Below are positions 57,905 through 64,000 of a stretch of DNA of 64,000 bases, piece after piece. Numbering within the stretch: the first letter of the stretch is position 1; each line of letters opens with the position of its first letter. Source of the stretch: a bacterium (GTDB taxonomy: Bacteria; Omnitrophota; Gorgyraeia; Zapsychrales; Zapsychraceae); contig JAUIER010000001.1 in NCBI GenBank assembly GCA_030429765.1, positions 202,877-266,876 on the forward strand, written 5' to 3'. The notes beneath the pieces were generated by a model. The model did not search any database, was not told where the DNA came from, and was given only the letters and a program-made list of their open reading frames with translations. A program made the translations under genes and the position numbers.

Positions 57905-58366
57905 ATGGGCGACGATCGTAAACGTCAGAGTTTCTTTAGGACCAATCAGTATCAAAAGCCGATTATACATCTGGCCGTACTGCCGACATTTATCTTCTGT
58001 ACGCTGACCAGTTTCTTTGTCTTGATCCTGCACAATGAATTGGTGGCGTATGTCAAATTTAATACAACAATTGAGACCGTAGATGTTCTGAACCGATGGG
58101 GCTGGTTTATTATCGTGACGATCTGGACTTTTTTTGCGGTTGTCTGCGCGTGGGCGCAGGTGGTATCCGGACGCATGGTTGGCGCCTTCGAGCGGGTTGT
58201 CCGTGAATTGGATCGCGTGGTCGACGGCGAAGACGTCGCTTTTATCAAGGCGCGTGATAATGACCGCCTGGCCGGAGATCTACTTAAACGGGTCAATGTG
58301 TTGATACAGCGCAATCGAACCATCCGGGCCAGTCAACCGGCGAGGCCGTCCATGGGACGCGTCTAG
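57905..58366 (+). CDS. Hypothetical two-TM protein with HAMP-like tail
   Basis: AAGGAGG RBS; two TMs; S.RMVGAFERV..EL...R.ND. Confidence 0.7.
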   Translation: MGDDRKRQSFFRTNQYQKPIIHLAVLPTFIFCTLTSFFVLILHNELVAYVKFNTTIETVDVLNRWGWFIIVTIWTFFAVVCAWAQVVSGRMVGAFERVVRELDRVVDGEDVAFIKARDNDRLAGDLLKRVNVLIQRNRTIRASQPARPSMGRV

Positions 58367-58367
58367 C

Positions 58368-58826
58368 ATGAAACGACTTTTTATCATCTTGATGATGATG
58401 GTGGCGAGTCTTGTGATGTCGATGCCATCGAGCGTCCGCGCGGAATTAACCGACGAAATTCAAGCCGCTACTGTTGAGACAGCGTTATTGTGGCTGGAAG
58501 TAGTCGATCAGGGACGGTATGACGAAAGCTGGGATCAGACGTCTGATAAGTTTAAGGCCGCGATGGGCAAGGAAGAGTGGACCGAGAAGCTCGATTTTTA
58601 TCGTGAACCGTTGGGCAAGGTCAAATCGAGGGAACTATTGGACAAAGGATTGTTTGAGTCCATTCCCAATCATCCAGGGCTCAGGATGATGGTGCTGCAA
58701 TTTAATTCGTCATTCGAAGACAAGGAGTTTGCCGTCGAGACCGTATCCACGGTCAGTATGAATGGAGGACCGTGGCAGGTGGCGGGTTACTTCATTTCAG
58801 ATTCTATCGATGTAAAGGTGCAGTAA
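58368..58826 (+). CDS. DUF4019-like exported protein
   Basis: WL..VD.GRY.ESW, R.PLG.V.SR, F.SSF......ET, W.VAGYFI. Confidence 0.85.
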   Translation: MKRLFIILMMMVASLVMSMPSSVRAELTDEIQAATVETALLWLEVVDQGRYDESWDQTSDKFKAAMGKEEWTEKLDFYREPLGKVKSRELLDKGLFESIPNHPGLRMMVLQFNSSFEDKEFAVETVSTVSMNGGPWQVAGYFISDSIDVKVQ

Positions 58827-58866
58827 TTACTTATGATCTTGTCTATGCAGCGGCTCGAGGTGAATC

Positions 58867-60666
58867 ATGTATGAAAACTTCGACAAGATTAATGGGTCAC
58901 ACCCGTGGCGCGATGTCAGTCCGCACGGATATATTGATTACCCGGTCTGTTACCGAAAAGGCGGCCGGGTGATTTATTTTAATTTCAATCTCGCCCGCGA
59001 AATGGGATTGATCCCCCGCGATCACCCCAAGCGTATCACCAAAAAGCTCGAACAAGTCATCCTTAAGACATTTTCCCTGCAGATCCTCAACGAATATGAT
59101 TGGGCCAACCGGCGGTCATTTCCCAAAGACGGTTACGAAGACCGCCTGTATATGGCCACACGCTATTTACAGACCCAGCATGCCAGCAAACAGGGGGAGA
59201 CGTCGGGAGATGGTCGAAGCATCTGGAACGGATATCTGAAAACCCGCTCCAGGACGTTTGATATTTCTAGCTGCGGCACAGGCAACACGATTTTATCCCC
59301 CGGAGCCCAGGAATCTCCGGATCCGATTCCGACGGGAAGCACAGAATACGGCTATGCGTCCGGGCTGGCGGAGATCGATGAAATGATGGGCGGGGCGGTG
59401 ATGTCGGAGATTTTTTACCGGGAAGGGTATCCCACCGAGCGGTGCCTGACAGTGATTGAGTATCCGGACCGCACGGCGATCGGGGTGCGGACCGCGCCGA
59501 ATCTGATTCGCCCGGCGCATTTGTTTCGGTATCTGAAGTCAGGGCAATTGGATGAGCTGATCGGTTCCTTTGATTGTTTTATCGATCGTCAGGTCGAAAA
59601 CCGGGTGTATGATGTGCCCAATTCTGGTAAGACGCGCTACCGAAAGGCGCTGGAATATATTACGCGCACACATGCCAAGTTGGCTGCGGTCATGGAAGAA
59701 GAGTATATCTTCAATTGGCTGGCCTGGGACGGCGACAATATGCTGGCCAGCGGGGCTCTATTGGACTACGGGTCCATTCGTCAGTTTTCCGCCAAGCACA
59801 ACCGCTATCGTTACGAAGACGTAGACCGTTATTCGACGACGTTGACCGAGCAGCGTGTATGGGCGCGCAAAATCATTCAAACCTTTATCCAGCTGACCGA
59901 TTTTGTCATCACCGCGGAGAAGAAAAATTTGGAGACATTCAAAGACGATCCGATGCTGGACCTGTTCGATGAATGTTTTGAACGGGAGCGTCACTCAAGG
60001 ATGCTCTGGAAGATCGGTTTTACTCCGGCACAATCACAACGGTTGCTGCGATATCATTCATCCAAAGTGGAGGGATTCCGTAAGGTCCTCAACTATTTTG
60101 AAGACGTCAAGACATCATCCGGATTGGAGGAGGTTCCGGACGGGATCAATCATCCTCCGGTGTTTTTGGTCCGGCATATTCTCAAATTTCTTCCTTTATT
60201 TTTGGTCAATCATTTCTCGACGGACGAATGGCCCGTAATGGATGAAGAAGATTTTTGCAAGATCATGGCCGGATCATATGTGGAGGAAGATGACCTGGTG
60301 CTGACCGACTATCGGCGCCGCAAGGCGCTGGAGTTTCAGGCCCAGTATGCCGCCTTGATACGGGCGGCCGGCAAGAATCCCGCCAAGGTGCTGCAACGGG
60401 TGGCTGAACGCTCAGGGGTGATTAATTATGAATACCGAAAAACCGGTGATGGTCTGACCTGGATCGTAAATGAGGCCGTCCGCGCCACCAAGAAAATGGA
60501 TGTAAACGAGCTGCAGTCCGCGATCGAGCGTTTTATCCAGTCTCAGGTGCTCGTGCCGGGCAAATGGCGACCAATCCGTGAGAGCGAGCTACATGGGCGG
60601 ACCATGAAATCCCGGTTGCTGCAGCGCATGCAGGAAAATCTCGAGATGTACAGCGAGACCATCTAG
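58867..60666 (+). CDS. Divergent SelO/YdiU-like pseudokinase-fold protein
   Basis: SGDGRS, G.GNT, SE.F...G.PTER.L, R.AH, DGDN, LDYGS. Confidence 0.65.
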   Translation: MYENFDKINGSHPWRDVSPHGYIDYPVCYRKGGRVIYFNFNLAREMGLIPRDHPKRITKKLEQVILKTFSLQILNEYDWANRRSFPKDGYEDRLYMATRYLQTQHASKQGETSGDGRSIWNGYLKTRSRTFDISSCGTGNTILSPGAQESPDPIPTGSTEYGYASGLAEIDEMMGGAVMSEIFYREGYPTERCLTVIEYPDRTAIGVRTAPNLIRPAHLFRYLKSGQLDELIGSFDCFIDRQVENRVYDVPNSGKTRYRKALEYITRTHAKLAAVMEEEYIFNWLAWDGDNMLASGALLDYGSIRQFSAKHNRYRYEDVDRYSTTLTEQRVWARKIIQTFIQLTDFVITAEKKNLETFKDDPMLDLFDECFERERHSRMLWKIGFTPAQSQRLLRYHSSKVEGFRKVLNYFEDVKTSSGLEEVPDGINHPPVFLVRHILKFLPLFLVNHFSTDEWPVMDEEDFCKIMAGSYVEEDDLVLTDYRRRKALEFQAQYAALIRAAGKNPAKVLQRVAERSGVINYEYRKTGDGLTWIVNEAVRATKKMDVNELQSAIERFIQSQVLVPGKWRPIRESELHGRTMKSRLLQRMQENLEMYSETI

Positions 60667-60753
60667 CCCTTCCCCGTCCCAAATTATCCCTTAAAATTTC
60701 AGGATCTTGTGCTATAATGACGGCCTTGTCGAATTTTATAAGAGGGTTGAAAC

Positions 60754-62391
60754 ATGATATCAGTCAACAATGTAGGGTTACAATTCGGTTCGCGAAAGTT
60801 ATTTGACGGCGTCAATATCACATTTTCGCAGGGAAATTGTTATGGTTTGATCGGGGCGAATGGATCGGGAAAATCGACATTTGTGAAGATTCTGTCAGGT
60901 GACATTGAATCCACCTCTGGAACGATTTCAATTGCTGAAGGCAAGCGATTGTCTGTCTTGAAACAGGATCAATTCGCGTACGACGAGCACGAGGTCCTGA
61001 CCACCGTGATTATGGGGCACAAACGGCTGTACGAAGTCATGACGGCCAAGGATGAGTTGTATGCCAAACCGGATTTTTCAGATGAAGACGGGATCAAGGC
61101 CTCAGAGCTGGAAGGCGAATTTGCGGAATTGGATGGTTGGAACGCGGAGAGTGATGCGGCTAAATTGTTATCCGATGTTGGTATTACCGAAGACCTGCAT
61201 GAATTAAAGATGAAGCAGCTTGAAGGTAGCCAAAAGGTCAAGGTATTGCTGGCCCAGGCCCTTTTTGGTACGCCGGATATTCTTTTGTTGGATGAGCCTA
61301 CCAACCAGCTGGACGTGGAGACCTGTATGTGGCTGGAGGAATTTTTGGCCGAGTTTCAAAACACCGCCATCGTGGTCTCCCATGACCGGCATTTTCTTGA
61401 TAAAGTCTGCACGCACATTTGTGATATTGACTACGGAAAGATTCAGCTGTATCCGGGCAATTACACGTTCTGGGCCGAATCCAGTGAACTGGCGCAACGT
61501 CAGAAACAGGATGAAAACAAGAAGATCGAAGAGAAGCGTAAAGAGCTGCAGAATTTTGTGGCCCGATTCAGTGCCAATGCCTCAAAATCCCGTCAGGCGA
61601 CATCCCGTAAAAAGATCTTGGAAAATCTTACTTTGAATGATATCAAACCGTCGTCGAGAAAATATCCCTATGTCGGTTTTGAGCAGGAACGTGAAGCGGG
61701 AAATGATTTATTGCATGTTGATCATTTGTCCAAGTCAATTGACGGTCAGATCATGTTTAAAGATCTGACGATCACTGTTGAAAAAGGCGACAAGGTCGCG
61801 TTTATCGGGCGTAATGACCTCTCCAAAACCACCTTGTTCCAAATTCTGATGAAAGAGATGGAACCGGACACGGGATCTTTCAAATGGGGGGCATCCACCA
61901 GTCAGGCCTATTTCCCCAAGGAAAACAATGAGTATTTTGACAGAGATTTAAACATCATCGACTGGTTGCGCCAATACTCGAAAGAGCAGGATGAGCAATA
62001 TGTCCGCGGATTTTTGGGACGTATGTTGTTTACCGGTGAAGAATCCAAAAAGAGCGTGACCGTTTTGTCCGGGGGGGAAAAGGTGAGATGTATGCTCTCA
62101 CGGATGATGATGGTCGGTGCCAACGTCTTATTATTTGATGAGCCGACGAATCACCTGGATCTGGAATCAATTTCCGCCTTGAACAAGGGGATGAGCAAGT
62201 TCAACGGAACCATTCTTTTCTCGTCACATGACCATCAACTGGTGCAAACCGTTGCCAACCGAATTATTGAGATCACGCCTAATGGATACATCGACAAGCA
62301 AGGGATCACCTTTGATGAATATCTCGACGATCCGGTGGTTAAACAGCGACGGGCCGAGCTGTATGCCAAACCCAGCAATGTGGCTGGTTAA
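60754..62391 (+). CDS. ABC-F family ATPase (YbiT/YkpA-like)
   Basis: Two NBDs and no TM: GANGSGKST, LLDEPTN, VSHDRHFL, GNY, LSGGEK, DEPTNHLD. Confidence 0.93.
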   Translation: MISVNNVGLQFGSRKLFDGVNITFSQGNCYGLIGANGSGKSTFVKILSGDIESTSGTISIAEGKRLSVLKQDQFAYDEHEVLTTVIMGHKRLYEVMTAKDELYAKPDFSDEDGIKASELEGEFAELDGWNAESDAAKLLSDVGITEDLHELKMKQLEGSQKVKVLLAQALFGTPDILLLDEPTNQLDVETCMWLEEFLAEFQNTAIVVSHDRHFLDKVCTHICDIDYGKIQLYPGNYTFWAESSELAQRQKQDENKKIEEKRKELQNFVARFSANASKSRQATSRKKILENLTLNDIKPSSRKYPYVGFEQEREAGNDLLHVDHLSKSIDGQIMFKDLTITVEKGDKVAFIGRNDLSKTTLFQILMKEMEPDTGSFKWGASTSQAYFPKENNEYFDRDLNIIDWLRQYSKEQDEQYVRGFLGRMLFTGEESKKSVTVLSGGEKVRCMLSRMMMVGANVLLFDEPTNHLDLESISALNKGMSKFNGTILFSSHDHQLVQTVANRIIEITPNGYIDKQGITFDEYLDDPVVKQRRAELYAKPSNVAG

Positions 62392-62394
62392 TCG

Positions 62395-62754
62395 ATGAAT
62401 GTGGCCGTCATCGGAGCATCTAACAAGCCACAACGTTATTCTTTCCAGGCTGTTAAACTTCTTCTAGAACATTCGCATCAGGTTTTTCCGGTTCATCGAC
62501 GCGTAAAAGAGATCGATGGACTGTCTGTTTATGCTGACGTCAAAGATATTGCCCAACCCATAGATACAGTCACTTTATATGTGTCGGCGGATATTTCAAC
62601 GCGATTGATGGAGGACTTGTTGGCCCTCAGTCCGCGACGGATTATCTTTAATCCCGGCGCGGAGAATTCGGCCCTCAAAGACAAGGCTGATGCAGCCGGA
62701 ATCGAGACGGTGGAAGGCTGCACGCTGGTTATGCTGCGAACCGGCCAATTTTAG
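62395..62754 (+). CDS. CoA-binding protein (YccU-like)
   Basis: VAVIGAS.KP.RYS, IDTVTLY, IFNPGAE, CTLVML. Confidence 0.9.
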   Translation: MNVAVIGASNKPQRYSFQAVKLLLEHSHQVFPVHRRVKEIDGLSVYADVKDIAQPIDTVTLYVSADISTRLMEDLLALSPRRIIFNPGAENSALKDKADAAGIETVEGCTLVMLRTGQF

Positions 62755-62824
62755 TTTTCTTCTCGCGCCGCATGAAACGGTTTGGTATTATAAGGCATAT
62801 TCGTAAACCCAAAAACCGACGCGC

Positions 62825-64000
62825 ATGCTATTCAATTCACTTCAATTCTTTCTTTTCTTCGTAGTTATTTACTCTTTATATTTAGTTTGTTCGCATCGAT
62901 GGCAAAATCGTCTTTTGCTGGTAGCCAGTTACGTATTTTATGGAGCGTGGGATTGGCGATTTTTGTCTTTGATCTGGATATCCACGGCGATTGACTATTG
63001 GTGCGGTCGGCAGATGGGTTCGACAGATGCGGCTCAGCGTAAACGCTATCTGATCATCAGCATCACGGCCAATATGGCCATCCTGGGTTTCTTTAAGTAT
63101 TTTGGATTCTTTAGTGAGAGTCTTCAGCATTTGCTTGGGACCTTTGGATATAATCCGGGGTGGACCACATTAAATATCGTCCTGCCGGTGGGGATCTCGT
63201 TTTATACCTTCCAGTCGATGAGCTACACCATCGATATCTACAACAATAAACTCAAGCCTTCCGACAAGTTTTCCGATTTTGCTTTGTTTGTGGCCTTTTT
63301 TCCTCAGCTCGTGGCCGGACCGATTGAACGGGCCCGGCATTTGTTGCCTCAGATTTATCGGCCGCGTACCATCAAGCTTGATCAGTTTTACGAGGGATCT
63401 TATCTGATTTTCTGGGGGATGTTTCAAAAGGTATTTGTCGCGGACAACCTCGCGAAGATTTCAGATACGATTTTCGCGCTCGGCGGACCGTATGATCGGG
63501 TCGAAGTATTGATTGGGGCATATGCGTTTTCATTCCAGATATTTTGTGACTTTGCGGGATACTCCAATATTGCCCGGGGACTGTGCAAGGTGATGGGTTT
63601 TGATATCATGGTGAATTTTAATCTGCCGTATTTTGCCCAGAATCCGAGTGATTTTTGGCGGCGCTGGCACATCAGTCTGTCGACGTGGCTGCGGGACTAT
63701 TTGTACATTCCGCTTGGCGGAAACCGTGGCGGACAGCTCAAGACGTTGCGAAATTTGATGCTGACAATGCTCTTGGGCGGCTTGTGGCACGGGGCGGCGT
63801 GGACGTTTGTGTTGTGGGGAGGATATCACGGGCTTTTACTGATTGTTTATCGGGTGGCCGAATATTTGCGAGAGCGCTGGTCGTGGACCGCTTGGTCTTC
63901 GTCCCGGCTCTGGACGGTGTGCAAGATCGTCTTTTTCTATCATCTGGTTTGCTACGGGTGGATATTGTTCCGGGCTCAGTCATTCGAGCAAATCACTGCG
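62825..64000 (+). CDS. MBOAT O-acyltransferase, AlgI/DltB type (3'-truncated by window edge; absent from ORF track)
   Basis: MLFNS, ASY.FYG.WD, LPVGISFYTFQSMSY, FFPQLVAGPIER, DFAGYS, FWRRWHISLSTWLRDYLYIPLGG, GLWHGA. Confidence 0.95.
   Translation, partial: MLFNSLQFFLFFVVIYSLYLVCSHRWQNRLLLVASYVFYGAWDWRFLSLIWISTAIDYWCGRQMGSTDAAQRKRYLIISITANMAILGFFKYFGFFSESLQHLLGTFGYNPGWTTLNIVLPVGISFYTFQSMSYTIDIYNNKLKPSDKFSDFALFVAFFPQLVAGPIERARHLLPQIYRPRTIKLDQFYEGSYLIFWGMFQKVFVADNLAKISDTIFALGGPYDRVEVLIGAYAFSFQIFCDFAGYSNIARGLCKVMGFDIMVNFNLPYFAQNPSDFWRRWHISLSTWLRDYLYIPLGGNRGGQLKTLRNLMLTMLLGGLWHGAAWTFVLWGGYHGLLLIVYRVAEYLRERWSWTAWSSSRLWTVCKIVFFYHLVCYGWILFRAQSFEQITA

Noticed and set aside
58867-60666. Selenocysteine readthrough in the SelO-like gene
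   Set aside because: The ORF ends in TAG, has no in-frame TGA and has no C-terminal CxxU/CSS motif.
62882-63983. Short minus-strand ORFs at the window end
   Set aside because: The region is occupied by the + strand MBOAT gene that runs off the window edge.

Overview
A 64-kb, gene-dense bacterial chromosomal segment, mostly on the + strand. I see no rRNA, tRNA, CRISPR array, integrase or transposase. Gene content (diderm secretin, many TPR, ankyrin and GT-C membrane proteins) fits a PVC-type organism such as Omnitrophota, but that is only an impression. Main blocks, in order: two-component pair and pilT; MoxR/DUF58/transglutaminase trio; a cofactor and nucleotide housekeeping operon (rearranged HAD, NUDIX, folE2, moaB, dcd, sufE); a promoter with two tandem terminators ahead of a degenerate MobA-like gene; dnaQ-like, ribD (deaminase only) and hemB; a c-di-GMP-I riboswitch controlling a secreted NHL beta-propeller protein; a type IV filament cluster; ychF and dinB; nfeD-flotillin; a MarR-led lipid-modification operon resembling the furan fatty acid (Ufa) genes; a divergent SelO/YdiU homologue; an ABC-F ATPase; and a partial AlgI-type MBOAT. 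The type IV filament locus is the most unusual part. It has a PilM-PilN fusion, a secretin with about 500 residues of hyperacidic N-terminal extension carrying two MinD-like amphipathic motifs, and a 716-aa multidomain minor pilin. All family assignments come from motifs read by eye, not from database searches.
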